From the NCBI GenBank assembly GCA_963722065.1, contig CAVRMI010000007.1, positions 1,163,389-1,227,388 on the forward strand: a stretch of 64,000 bases of DNA, written 5' to 3'. Origin of the DNA: an uncultured Thermoleophilia bacterium (lineage in GTDB: Bacteria > Actinomycetota > Thermoleophilia > Gaiellales > Gaiellaceae). Numbering within the stretch: the stretch's first letter is position 1; each line of letters opens with the position of its first letter. Below are positions 8,981-18,534 of the stretch, one piece after another. The position numbers and the translations under genes are program-made. The notes under the pieces are model-generated. The model had not been told where the DNA came from. It did not search any database and worked only from the letters and a program-made list of their open reading frames with translations.

Positions 8981-9199
8981 ATGGAACTGCATGTCGTGTT
9001 CGAGCCCGACGAACAGGGATGGGTACATGCGACCATCGAGGAGCTACCCGGAGTGATCACCTGCGCCCCCACGCTCGACGAGGCACGTGAACTCGTCCGC
9101 GATGCGCTCGACGAATGGCTCCAGGCATTGACCTCGACTGAGCGAGCCGCCATCGGTTCGCAGGCGACGCGCGAGACGCTCACGCTAAGCGTCGCCTGA
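8981..9199 (+). CDS. hicB: HicB-family (UPF0150) antitoxin, short form without an obvious DNA-binding domain
   Basis: 72 aa: MELHVVFEPDEQGWVHATIEELPGVITCAPTLDEARELVRDALDEWL is the typical HicB N-domain. Confidence 0.7.
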   Translation: MELHVVFEPDEQGWVHATIEELPGVITCAPTLDEARELVRDALDEWLQALTSTERAAIGSQATRETLTLSVA

Positions 9200-9470
9200 C
9201 GCGGTCCCGGCTGAGACGCTGAGGTAACGACCCCCTCTCGCCGATGATCCTGGACCCAACGACGCCCTGACGCTGTCGCGACCCGGGCACACGGTCAACC
9301 TCCTTCTCATAACCCAGGAGATCGTTACCCCCGGACGTACAGGGCTCGAACTGCTTTGCCGCTGCGTGGGGTGCACCTCAGGGCCGCCCGGAAGGCACGG
9401 GCCCGGGCATAAAGCACCACGAGGCCGGCCGCTCCGTGTCAGTCAGCCGCCCCTCTTCCGAGTGAGGACA

Positions 9471-9709
9471 CAGCCGGAGAAGCTGCCCACGACGAGGGCG
9501 CCTCGTTACGTCCACTGAACCTCGACCATTACCGAGGTTTTACGTGCACTTCCCAATTCGCAACTAAGGTCACAAGCGGTCGGAGCGACCGGTGGGGAGG
9601 CGTCTCCGACTCATTGACCAACTATCGGAGAGAACGGTTGGTCACTGGGCGTCTTGTGAGGTCGGGGCGGCTGACGGTTCCCCCGTCCCCCGGCCTCACA
9701 TTTGCTTCT
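9471..9709 (+). repeat. Copy 2 of the ~240-bp structured repeat
   Basis: See 649-888; same four hairpins. It is followed by ~625 bp with no convincing ORF. Confidence 0.8.
9656..9707 (+). terminator. Intrinsic-terminator-like hairpin closing repeat copy 2
   Basis: Same GTGAGGTCGGGG / CCCCGGCCTCAC stem as copy 1, followed by ATTTGCTT. Confidence 0.45.
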
Positions 9710-10204
9710 CGGCACCCGACCCTTGGCTTTGCACCCGCTAGAGAGGCGTATGGTCACCTGTTGTCCGCCTCTCAGCAGGGCTCGCTTGAGACTTGTCGGG
9801 CGCTTGACAGTCCTAACGAACTGTTCAACGAGTTCCCGGCTCCGCCATACGTACGTGGCCCAGGGTCAGACACATCGACGTCGACCCGTCGAGAGCGACG
9901 AGCCGGAGGGGGTTGCCTGCCACTCTGCGGCACGTCGCCCCCCTTGGATGTGTCCAGTTCGTCACCGAGCCTTCACTCGGTCGACCCCATCCCCATGGCT
10001 AATGTCGCAGTCGGCGTGTCCATGGGGTGACGGCGCCGCTTGCGAAGCCGGGGGCGGAGTGACGCCCTTCCTTTCCTCTGTCCTCGGCCTTCGCCCTCTT
10101 CTGACGGTCAGGCGCCTGGAGCGCATTGCTAGCGGCTTCTCTTCCTGATCGCTGCGCTGCCGTGGCCCTGAACTCCGCGAAGGCGCAGGCAGAGCAGCAG
10201 GTTG

Positions 10205-10226
10205 CCAGGAGGCCGCTTCGTGTCGT
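10205..10226 (+). repeat. Intergenic motif CCAGGAGGCCGCTTCGTGTCGT (22-nt perfect match to 16966-16987)
   Basis: Exact 22-mer shared by two unrelated intergenic regions. A second core copy lies at 10254-10264. Confidence 0.9.
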
Positions 10227-10336
10227 CCACCGCAAGGCGCTCCTGGCCGTGCGCCAGGAGGCCGCCGCTCTGTACGTCCGCCCGGAGACCGCCTCGAAAA
10301 CTCGGGGGCTGCGACCATTGCCGCGAGAGCGATGCG

Positions 10337-13300
10337 CTACATCCGGACGGCGGCCGGCAGAGCGACCGCGTCGACCCGTTCCGCCCACGGCTGAGCACCG
10401 AGCTGCACGAATAACTCACGCGCCTCGGCGAATGCTGCGGCGGGGTCCGGGCGTCCCGCGGAGACCAACACGCGGCCGAGATCGTAGAGCGCACGCGCTT
10501 GCTCGAACGGCATGTGCATCACACTGAATCTTCGCGCCGCGTCGCGAAGCAGGTTCTCGGCCTCTTCTACGTCGCCGTCGAGCGCGCATATTCGTCCCCG
10601 TGACACGACCTCGATCGCGTCGAGCAGCGGTGTCCGGTCGCCCGGGCTCGCCACCTCAACCGTCTCGATCAGCTCCTGGAGAGCCCCGCGGTCGCCGAGC
10701 TCGACCGCCGATTCGAGCGAGCGGAGAAGGAGCCATTTCGTGAACGGGTGGTAGTGGGTGAAGCCGTTGTCGAGGCAGATGCTGTAACCGCGGCGGGCGG
10801 TCTCGAGCGCCTCCGCCGCACGACCCTCGCCGAGGAGCAGGCACGCTTCGACGTGCAGCCTGCCGGCCAGCATCTGCAGCTCGGCATCGTCGAAATGACC
10901 GGAGATCGAGTCGAGCTCGTTGCGGGCGGCCGCCATGTCCCCGCGCCAGACTTGGATGCAAACCCGCATCGCGCGGTCGGCCGGTGCGCGGGTCGATGCG
11001 TCAACGTCGATGTTCTCGATCAGTGCAAGCGCTTCGTCCCAGCGCCCGAGGACGGTCAGCGACGTGCCCATGTGACCGAGCGACATCAGTTCCTCGACGC
11101 GCTCCCCGCGCCGCCTCGCGACCTCGAGTCCTTCGCGATCGATCTCGATCGCGTCGACGTGGCGATCGCGAGCTGCGAAATTGTACGAGAGGTTGTAGAG
11201 CGCACGCGAGTACGCCCGGGTCGGCTCGTGCGCCCGCCCGATCGCGATTGCCCGCTCGACGAGCGCCAGCGCCTCCTCGTGCCGGCCGCGCGTTGCCAGC
11301 ACGAGGTGCTTCGTGTTCAGCGCATCGACGAGGACGTCGCGCAGGACGAGCGACTCGGCGATCTCGAGTGCCCGCTCCACCCGCTCGGCCGCGGTGTCGA
11401 TGTCGCCGAGGAAGTAGCGGAGCCGCGCGTAGATCTCGATCAGTGTGGCCAGATCGGCGTCCGGCTCCTCGTCGGCCAGCACCTTAAGGGCCTGCTCGAG
11501 CCGCTCGGCGCCGCCGGTGAGATCGCCCGCGAACCACATCGACCAGCCGAGCTGGCCGGCGACGCGGGCGGCCCGCGAGGCTGAACCGGCCTCCTCGTGG
11601 AGCGCGATCGACTGCTCGAAGCGCTCGCGCGCCGCCTCGTAGCGGCCGCCACCGAATGCCGCGTCGCCGGCCTCTGCAAGCAGCTCCGCCCGGACGGACG
11701 GATCGTCGATCAAGTCGGCGGCCTGCACGAATGCGCGATCGGCCTCTTCGCTCGCTCCGAGCGACGCCGCCCGGCGGCCGGCTCGAACGAGCGCCTCGCC
11801 TGCCTTGGCTCGAATCTCGTCTGCGCCGGCGGCATTCGGAGCGGCGCGGTAGGCGTCGAGATAGTGCGCTGCGACGACCTCGGCGGCCTCGGCTTCGAGC
11901 ACCGATTCGAGATACTCCGCCGCGGCCAGGTGACGGACTCGGCGGTCTGCCCGCGACAGGGTGTCGTACGCGACGCGCTGGAGCAGATCCTGGAGAAAGC
12001 TGTACTGCCCGCGCTCCGGAGACCGCGGGTCGGCCTGCACCGACAGCACTTCCTTGCGCACGAGCGAGCCGAGCAGCGGCTCGAGCGCGTCGCCGGCACG
12101 GCCGCTGAGCGCGATCAGGCCGGCGAGCGAAAACGACTTCCCGAGCACGGAGGCGTCCTGCACCACCGCCCGTTCGTCGGGCGCGAGATCGTCGATGCGC
12201 GCAGCGATCAGCGCATGCAGGGTCTCCGGCACCTCGAGCGAGCTGATCGGTCCCGTGATCGAGTACCGGTCGCCCTCCGGCTTGAGCAGGCCCCGGTCGA
12301 GCAGCATGCGCACCGTCTCGACCGCGTAGAGGGGAACGCCCTGCGAGCGCTGAAGAATCTCACCGACGAGCTCGTCGGGCAGCCCCGGCACGAACCGGCT
12401 CATCAGCTCGCCCATCGCCCGGTCGGACAGAGGATCGAGCGAGAGCGTCGTCGAGCTTCGCCCGGCGCTCCCCCACCCCGGCCGCCGCTCCGCGATCTCC
12501 GGCCGGGTCAGCGCGAGGACGAAGACCGGATGGGCTCTCGACCAGTCGAGGAGATGCTCGATGAAGTCGAGCAGGCTCGCGTCAGCCCACTGCAGGTCCT
12601 CGAAGACGAGCGCGACCGGCGCAATGTCGGAAAGGCGCTCGAAGAAGAGCCGCCACGCCGAGAACAGATCCTGCCGTTCGAACGACTGCGGTTCGCCTAG
12701 GGCCAGCAGGTGCGCAAGCCGTGGCTCGACCCATGCTCGCTCCTCCTCATCGGGGATCGTCGTCGCCAGCACCGCCAGCAGCTTCGGCAGTGCCTGCTCC
12801 GCCGGCTCGTCCTCGGCGATGCGCGCCCGCATACGCACCATTTCAGCGAGCGCCCAGTACGCGACGCCGTCGCCGTAGGCGAGGCAGCGGCCGCGGTGCC
12901 ACCAGACCTCCTCGGCCAGCCCGTCGAGATATTTCTCGAACTCCCAGGCGAGCCGTGACTTGCCTATCCCCGCGATGCCGACGACGGTGAGCAGCTTGGA
13001 GACGCTGTCGTCGGCCGCACTATGGAAGAGCTCCTTGAGGAGGCGGATCTCGCGGTCGCGGCCGACGAACGGGGGCTCGAGCGCAGCCGACTTCACCGCC
13101 CCACCGCGCGACGCCGTCACCTGCAGCGCGCGCCACAGGTGCGCTACGTCGGACTTGCCTTTGAGCGTGTGCGCGCCCGCGTCGTCGTAGCCGATCGCCG
13201 CGCTCGAAGCGCGACGCGTCGCATCGTTCACGAGCACCGTGCCCGGCTCGGCCGTCGACTGGATGCGCGCCGCAGTGTTGACGAGGTCACCCGCGACCAT

Positions 13301-13840
13301 CCCCTGTCCCTCGGCGCCAAGCGTGACCGCGGCCTCGCCGGTGGCGACACCAGCGCGAAGCCTGACGTCGGCCCCGGCGTCCCCGCCGAGGTCGGCCACA
13401 GCCACCACGAGGTCGAGCGCCGCCCGCACCGCCCGCTCCGCGTCGTCCTCGCGGGCGACCGGCGTTCCCCAGACAGCCATCACCGCGTCACCGATGAACT
13501 TCTCGATCGTCCCCCCGTACCGCGCGATCAGCGTTCGCGCGGTGTCGAAGTACAGCGAGAGAAACTCACGCACCTCTTCCGGATCGCGCCCCTCCGACAG
13601 CGTCGTGAAGCCGACGAGGTCAGCGAAGAGCACTGAGACGAGGCGCCGCTCGGACGCGGCGGCGTCTTGGGCTCGAGCCGGGGCCGGTTCGAGTGCCGTC
13701 CCGCACTCGCCGCAGAAGCGAACGCCGGGCTCGTTCGGCGATCCGCACGCGCCACAGGCGCGCGAGAGCGCCGACCCGCATTCGCCGCAGAACTTGCGCG
13801 AGAGGGCGTTCTCCGCTCCGCAGGCGAGGCAGACGACCAT
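10337..13840 (-). CDS. Zinc-ribbon + class III adenylate/guanylate cyclase + AAA(STAND-like) ATPase + TPR signalling protein
   Basis: The N-terminus has a double zinc ribbon (CLACGAEN..CGECG, CGACGSPN..CGECG). Cyclase motifs VSVLFADLVGFT and KFIGDAVMAVWG are present, with a P-loop VVGIAGIGKSRLA and a long TPR-like C-terminus. Confidence 0.9.
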   Translation of the reverse strand: MVVCLACGAENALSRKFCGECGSALSRACGACGSPNEPGVRFCGECGTALEPAPARAQDAAASERRLVSVLFADLVGFTTLSEGRDPEEVREFLSLYFDTARTLIARYGGTIEKFIGDAVMAVWGTPVAREDDAERAVRAALDLVVAVADLGGDAGADVRLRAGVATGEAAVTLGAEGQGMVAGDLVNTAARIQSTAEPGTVLVNDATRRASSAAIGYDDAGAHTLKGKSDVAHLWRALQVTASRGGAVKSAALEPPFVGRDREIRLLKELFHSAADDSVSKLLTVVGIAGIGKSRLAWEFEKYLDGLAEEVWWHRGRCLAYGDGVAYWALAEMVRMRARIAEDEPAEQALPKLLAVLATTIPDEEERAWVEPRLAHLLALGEPQSFERQDLFSAWRLFFERLSDIAPVALVFEDLQWADASLLDFIEHLLDWSRAHPVFVLALTRPEIAERRPGWGSAGRSSTTLSLDPLSDRAMGELMSRFVPGLPDELVGEILQRSQGVPLYAVETVRMLLDRGLLKPEGDRYSITGPISSLEVPETLHALIAARIDDLAPDERAVVQDASVLGKSFSLAGLIALSGRAGDALEPLLGSLVRKEVLSVQADPRSPERGQYSFLQDLLQRVAYDTLSRADRRVRHLAAAEYLESVLEAEAAEVVAAHYLDAYRAAPNAAGADEIRAKAGEALVRAGRRAASLGASEEADRAFVQAADLIDDPSVRAELLAEAGDAAFGGGRYEAARERFEQSIALHEEAGSASRAARVAGQLGWSMWFAGDLTGGAERLEQALKVLADEEPDADLATLIEIYARLRYFLGDIDTAAERVERALEIAESLVLRDVLVDALNTKHLVLATRGRHEEALALVERAIAIGRAHEPTRAYSRALYNLSYNFAARDRHVDAIEIDREGLEVARRRGERVEELMSLGHMGTSLTVLGRWDEALALIENIDVDASTRAPADRAMRVCIQVWRGDMAAARNELDSISGHFDDAELQMLAGRLHVEACLLLGEGRAAEALETARRGYSICLDNGFTHYHPFTKWLLLRSLESAVELGDRGALQELIETVEVASPGDRTPLLDAIEVVSRGRICALDGDVEEAENLLRDAARRFSVMHMPFEQARALYDLGRVLVSAGRPDPAAAFAEARELFVQLGAQPWAERVDAVALPAAVRM

Positions 13841-14037
13841 CTCGACTGAGCGTAAACGGAACTACCCGAAGGCGCGAGCCATCCTTCGAACCAACCTGCT
13901 CCTAGCGCTCGACCGGCAGGTGCTCCCCACAGGAGACGCTTCGTGTGGCTACCAAGGTAGGGCAGCACTCAAGGTCGAGATCCGCGAAGCTACCCATGGC
14001 CGTCGCGGCTCATTTTCCTGGCCGGGACCTGCTGGGG

Positions 14038-14880
14038 TTAAGCCTGGCCGTCCGGGGCGGGAGCCGTTTCGAGCACCCAGATTGCTCCGTCGGCACAGTC
14101 GATGCGCGTGCCGCCTTCGGTGTCGTCGAGCCGCGTTCGACGAACGTAGACACGCTCACCGGCGAACTCGGCCAGCGGCCCACGGACACCGTCTCGTGAC
14201 GCGGCGACCCACCAGGCACGAACCTGCCGGTGCACCTCCTCGGCCGAACGGGACCAGTCGAGCTCGGCGAACTCCGGCTCGAAGAAGCCCGCGTAACTCG
14301 CCCCGTCCTCATCCTGTGGGTCACCGGCATCACCGGCTTCTGCACGCTTGAGCGCTCTTGGCAGGAGCGACGCCCAGAGGCTGAACAGGGCCGCCAGGAC
14401 GTCATCGGCGCGCTCGGCACCGCCAATCTCCACCGAGCCCTGGGCAAGGATTGGTCCCGTGTCGAAGTCGGCATCCATGCGATGGAAGCTGAAGCCAAGC
14501 TCTGGATCGCCGTTGCGCAGCGCCCAGCCGATCGGGTTCGGGCCTCGGTAGCGCGGCAGCGGCGCCGGGTGGCCGTTGACGACACCGAGTCGCGGCACCG
14601 CGAGCGCGTCCGCCGGTATTCGCACCGGGAAGCCGCCGCACAGCGCCAGATCCGGATCGAGCGCTTCCAACAACCTTGCAAATCGCGCCGGTCCGCTCGC
14701 GACCAGGACGTCCAGGCTCTGCGGTCGAACGTCGATCAGACTCGACAGCGGCACGTCCCCATAGCGGCCTCGAGGCCCCTCGGTGGTCACCACCCCGACG
14801 CACTCGTGGCCAAGCATTTTCAGCACCGCCTCCAGGCGCACCGCCAACTCAGGAACCCGCGAGAAGAGAGCCACCCGCAT
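14038..14880 (-). CDS. Formyltransferase family protein (Fmt/PurN-like fold)
   Basis: MRVALFS..., catalytic-region motif VVNGHPAPLPRYRGPNP, and a C-terminal Fmt-like domain. Start set at ATG 14880. Confidence 0.8.
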   Translation of the reverse strand: MRVALFSRVPELAVRLEAVLKMLGHECVGVVTTEGPRGRYGDVPLSSLIDVRPQSLDVLVASGPARFARLLEALDPDLALCGGFPVRIPADALAVPRLGVVNGHPAPLPRYRGPNPIGWALRNGDPELGFSFHRMDADFDTGPILAQGSVEIGGAERADDVLAALFSLWASLLPRALKRAEAGDAGDPQDEDGASYAGFFEPEFAELDWSRSAEEVHRQVRAWWVAASRDGVRGPLAEFAGERVYVRRTRLDDTEGGTRIDCADGAIWVLETAPAPDGQA

Positions 14881-14968
14881 CACGAGAGTTCTAGTCGATG
14901 CTTGCGCCCTGAGAGTTCCAGCGGCCCACCGGCAGGCTGCCTCCGGTGTGCGTGGCCCTGGCCGAAAG

Positions 14969-15053
14969 CCAGGAGGCCGCCACTCCGTGACGTCCACGAG
15001 GAGACGCCCCGCGTCGCAAGCCAGGAAGGCGCGCCGCGCAATCCAGGAGGCCG
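14969..15053 (+). repeat. Cluster of CCAGGAGGCCG-family motifs (14969, 15021, 15043)
   Basis: Three core copies in one intergenic region. The first continues ...CCACTCCGTGACGTCCAC. Confidence 0.85.
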
Positions 15054-15089
15054 TCGGCGGGCGACGGTTTAGGCTCTTACTGTGAACGT

Positions 15090-16904
15090 TTGCTCGAGTT
15101 GCGGTACCGATGCTCGGTGAGCACCGACACGACGACCCAGCCCGAAGCGCAACCCGTCGGAGCCTTGCTGTCCGTCAACGTCGGCAAGCCGAAGGAGGTG
15201 CCCTGGCAAGGGAAGACAGTCTTCACCGGCGTCTTCAAGCACCCTGTTGCCGGCGCTCGCCGGGTGCGCAAGCTCAACGTCGATGGCGACGGGCAAGGTG
15301 ACCTTGCCGGCCACGGAGGCGAGCAGCGCGCCGTCTTCGTCTACCAGCTCGACTCGTATCGCTACTGGGAGCGCGAGCTCGGGCGAGACGACTTCGTCTA
15401 CGGACAGTTTGGTGAGAACTTCACGATCGACGGGCTGAGCGACAACGAGGTCTGCATCGGCGACCGCTACCGCATCGGCAGCGCGCTCTTCGAGGTCACA
15501 CAGCCTCGCGTCACCTGCTACCGCGTCGGGATCCGTATGAACGACCCGCGCATCCCCGCTCTGCTCGTCTCGCACCACCGGCCCGGATTTTACTTCCGCG
15601 TCCTCGAAGAAGGTGACGTCGAGGCCGGAGACGAGATCCTCCAAGTCGCGTCCGGCCCGGAGAGGTTGACGGTCGCCGAGACCGACGCCCTCCTCTACCT
15701 TCCCGGCCATCCACGCCAGGAGCTGCTGCGCGCACTGCGCGTCCCCGCTCTCAGTCCCGGCTGGCAGGCCTCGTTCCGCGCTCTGCTCGACGGTGAGCCG
15801 GGTGGCGGCAACGCGGGTCTGACCACTGCCAGCCCACCGCCCGCCTGGCCCGGCTTCCGTCGGTTGACCGTGACGGCGATCGAGCGCGAGAGCGACGCTG
15901 TGATCTCCATCCAGCTCGACGATCCCGACGGTGCGCCGCTTCCGGCGGCCCGCCCTGGCCAGTACCTCACTCTGCGCATCCAGTCCGGGGACGAGGGACA
16001 CTCGGTGCTCCGCAACTACTCCCTCTCCGGTCCGCCCGGCGCCGACTACTACCGCGTCACCGTGAAGCACGAACAGGACGGCGCCGCCAGCAGTTACCTG
16101 CACGACCGGCTCGCGGTCGGAGACTGGCTCGACGTCGCTGCACCGCGCGGCACCTTCATCCTCGACCAGACGCAAGCGCCCGTTCTGCTGATCGGTGCCG
16201 GCATCGGCGCCACTCCGGTGCTCGCCATGCTCCATGCGCTCGCAACGGAGCACTCCGACAGGGAGATCTGGTGGCTCCAGGGCGCCCGCAACGGCCACGA
16301 GCACCCGTTTGCCGCCGAGGCTCGCGCGCTCCTCGCCTCGCTCCCGAACGGTCACGCCCACATCTGCTACAGCCGTCCCGACCCGGACGACCTCCAAGGC
16401 CGCGACTTCGACGACGCCGGCCGCCTGACCGGGTCGCTGCTCGCCGAACTCAAACTACCTCTCGACGCCACGGCATACCTGTGCGGACCCGCACCGTTCA
16501 TGGAGGAGGTCAGCGCCGGTCTGGCCGCGATCGGCCTCAACGCTGTCGACATCCACACCGAGCCGTTCGGGCCGACACCGGGCCTCACCCCCGGCATCGC
16601 ATCAGCGCCAAACCGAGCGCCACATCCACCGCACGGACAAGCCGGAACCGGCCCCACGATCGAGTTCGCCCGCAGCAACCTCGCCGTCCCCTGGAGCAGC
16701 GGATACGCCAGCCTGCTCGAGTTCGCCGAAGCCTGCGACGTTCCCGTCCGCTGGTCCTGCCGCACGGGCGTCTGCCACAACTGCGAGACCGCCCTCATCG
16801 CCGGCACGGTCGACTACAACCCCGATCCGGTCGAACCACCCACCGACGGCAGCGCACTCATCTGCTGCTCACGGCCGCACGGAACCATCGTCCTGGATCT
16901 CTGA
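15090..16904 (+). CDS. MOSC domain - FAD/NAD ferredoxin-reductase - 2Fe-2S ferredoxin fusion oxidoreductase
   Basis: MOSC domain (GDRYRIGSALFEVTQPRVTCYRVG), RNYSLSG FAD motif, LLIGAGIGATPVLAML NAD motif, and the cysteine cluster CRTGVCHNCE...LICCS. An alternative start is GTG 15117. Confidence 0.85.
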   Translation: MLELRYRCSVSTDTTTQPEAQPVGALLSVNVGKPKEVPWQGKTVFTGVFKHPVAGARRVRKLNVDGDGQGDLAGHGGEQRAVFVYQLDSYRYWERELGRDDFVYGQFGENFTIDGLSDNEVCIGDRYRIGSALFEVTQPRVTCYRVGIRMNDPRIPALLVSHHRPGFYFRVLEEGDVEAGDEILQVASGPERLTVAETDALLYLPGHPRQELLRALRVPALSPGWQASFRALLDGEPGGGNAGLTTASPPPAWPGFRRLTVTAIERESDAVISIQLDDPDGAPLPAARPGQYLTLRIQSGDEGHSVLRNYSLSGPPGADYYRVTVKHEQDGAASSYLHDRLAVGDWLDVAAPRGTFILDQTQAPVLLIGAGIGATPVLAMLHALATEHSDREIWWLQGARNGHEHPFAAEARALLASLPNGHAHICYSRPDPDDLQGRDFDDAGRLTGSLLAELKLPLDATAYLCGPAPFMEEVSAGLAAIGLNAVDIHTEPFGPTPGLTPGIASAPNRAPHPPHGQAGTGPTIEFARSNLAVPWSSGYASLLEFAEACDVPVRWSCRTGVCHNCETALIAGTVDYNPDPVEPPTDGSALICCSRPHGTIVLDL

Positions 16905-16965
16905 GAAGAGAGAGGTCTGGCCAGAGGCTTCGCCGAGTGGTTGCCCAAGAAACCCTGGCATCGCA

Positions 16966-16987
16966 CCAGGAGGCCGCTTCGTGTCGT
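16966..16987 (+). repeat. Intergenic motif CCAGGAGGCCGCTTCGTGTCGT (22-nt match to 10205-10226)
   Basis: Exact 22-mer, here followed by TGA, which gives a GTG-TCG-TGA mini-ORF 7 nt after AGGAGG. Confidence 0.9.
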
Positions 16988-17035
16988 GAACCAGGGGGCC
17001 CGGGAAACACACGCGACCGTCGAGGGGGGTCAGCG

Positions 17036-18448
17036 TCACCGCTCAGCCCCGGGCGGGATGTTCTGGTTGAGTCGAAAGAAGTTGTCGGGGTCGTAGCTGT
17101 TCTTCAAGGCCTTCAGTCGGTCGTACGTCTCGGGCCCATAGCTGCGCCGGATCCGTTCCTCGCCTTCGTCCATGAGAAAGTTCACGTAGACGCTTGTCTG
17201 GTGGGGTTCGAGCGCCGCCCAGAGTCCTTGCGCCCATTCGCGCTCGGCGTCGAACCCGTCGACTGTCTCCGTGATGGCAGCGACGTTGATTGAGTGGCCT
17301 GCGGCTCGTCCGTTGAATGCGGTGCCGTGCTCGGCGACTCGCGCTACAGCGCCACCCTGGTGGAAGATCGGGAAGGTTGTGCGCGGGGAGCTCATGCGGA
17401 GCGCGTGCTCCACGGTGATGTCGATCACGTCGTCCGTGAGTTCGGCGACGTCGCAGGAGCGGATGTAGTACTGCCAGCCGTGAAGGAAGGATGGGTCGAG
17501 CATCGCCTGGAGGCGACTGAACGGCATCGGCATGCAGAGGTCCAGGAGCGGTGATCCGAACTGCCTGAGCGGCAGGACCGCTGCTTCGCCCTCCTCGATC
17601 GGGCCCGCGTAGCAGCAGCCCACAATGACGACGAGCTTGCCGCGTATTTCGGGCGGCACGCTTGGCAGGGATGGCGCCGTTCGGTGAAAGACGATTGTGG
17701 TGAGCTCGTCTGGCACCTCGGCGAGCCAGTCTCGATAGAAGCGCAGGACGCTTGGCGAGCTTTCCATCGGCCAGTAGATCGGGCCGGCGAGCAGGATCGG
17801 GCCGACAGGGTTCAGGCCGAACTCGAACTCGGTGACGATGCCGAAGTTACCGCCGCCGCCCCGCAGCCCCCAGAACAATTCGGCGTTCGCGGTCGCGCTC
17901 GCCTTCACGAACTCTCCGTCGGCGGTCACGACATCCACGGCAAGGAGTTGGTCGATGGTCAGCCCGTGTTTGCGCATCAGCCAGCCGATGCCTCCTCCGA
18001 GCGTCAGCCCGGCGACGCCGGTGTGTGAGACGATCCCGGCCGGGACGGCGAGTCCGAACTCTTGGGTCTCCCGGTCGAGATCTGCGAGGCGGGCACCGGC
18101 CTGCACTCTCACGGTGCAGGCGTCGGGATCGACCCGGATCCCTCTCATCGAGCCAAGGTCGATGACGACTCCGTCGTTGCAGACCGAGAACCCGGGGAAG
18201 CTGTGGCCTCCGCTTCGGACTGCGACCGTCAGACCGGTCCGGCGCGCGAAGCGCACGGCTCCCCTGACGTCGGCGACGCCGGCACAACGGGCGATCAGGG
18301 CAGGGAAACGGTTGACCGAACCGTTCCAGACCCGTCGCTGCTCGTCGTAGCCCGGGTCGACTGGACGAAGGACCTGGCCGCCAAACGAACGTTCGAGTTC
18401 GCTGACGGCAGCCGGGTCTAGCTCGATGGTCGAAGAGGTGGCAGACAT
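17036..18448 (-). CDS. FAD-binding oxidoreductase, BBE/PCMH family (paralog of 1063-2433)
   Basis: Motifs VRSGGHSF and GGGGNFGIVTEFEF, with tail SYDPDNFFRLNQNI. Start set at ATG 18448 (MSATSST). Confidence 0.85.
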   Translation of the reverse strand: MSATSSTIELDPAAVSELERSFGGQVLRPVDPGYDEQRRVWNGSVNRFPALIARCAGVADVRGAVRFARRTGLTVAVRSGGHSFPGFSVCNDGVVIDLGSMRGIRVDPDACTVRVQAGARLADLDRETQEFGLAVPAGIVSHTGVAGLTLGGGIGWLMRKHGLTIDQLLAVDVVTADGEFVKASATANAELFWGLRGGGGNFGIVTEFEFGLNPVGPILLAGPIYWPMESSPSVLRFYRDWLAEVPDELTTIVFHRTAPSLPSVPPEIRGKLVVIVGCCYAGPIEEGEAAVLPLRQFGSPLLDLCMPMPFSRLQAMLDPSFLHGWQYYIRSCDVAELTDDVIDITVEHALRMSSPRTTFPIFHQGGAVARVAEHGTAFNGRAAGHSINVAAITETVDGFDAEREWAQGLWAALEPHQTSVYVNFLMDEGEERIRRSYGPETYDRLKALKNSYDPDNFFRLNQNIPPGAER

Positions 18449-18534
18449 CGGGCGTCGGACATCGGGGATTCTCACACGCGTGGGGTGGCGACGCGGGGCG
18501 GCGCCGATGCGCCTGCCCCGCGTCCTCTCGCTCT

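Noticed and set aside
9321-9390. Weak similarity between the reverse complement of 9321-9390 and 31501-31556 (…GC.AAGC…TTCGAG.CC…GGGGGT)
   Set aside because: Only scattered matches with gaps, and the orientation relative to the adjacent CCAGGAGG motifs is inconsistent. Probably coincidence.
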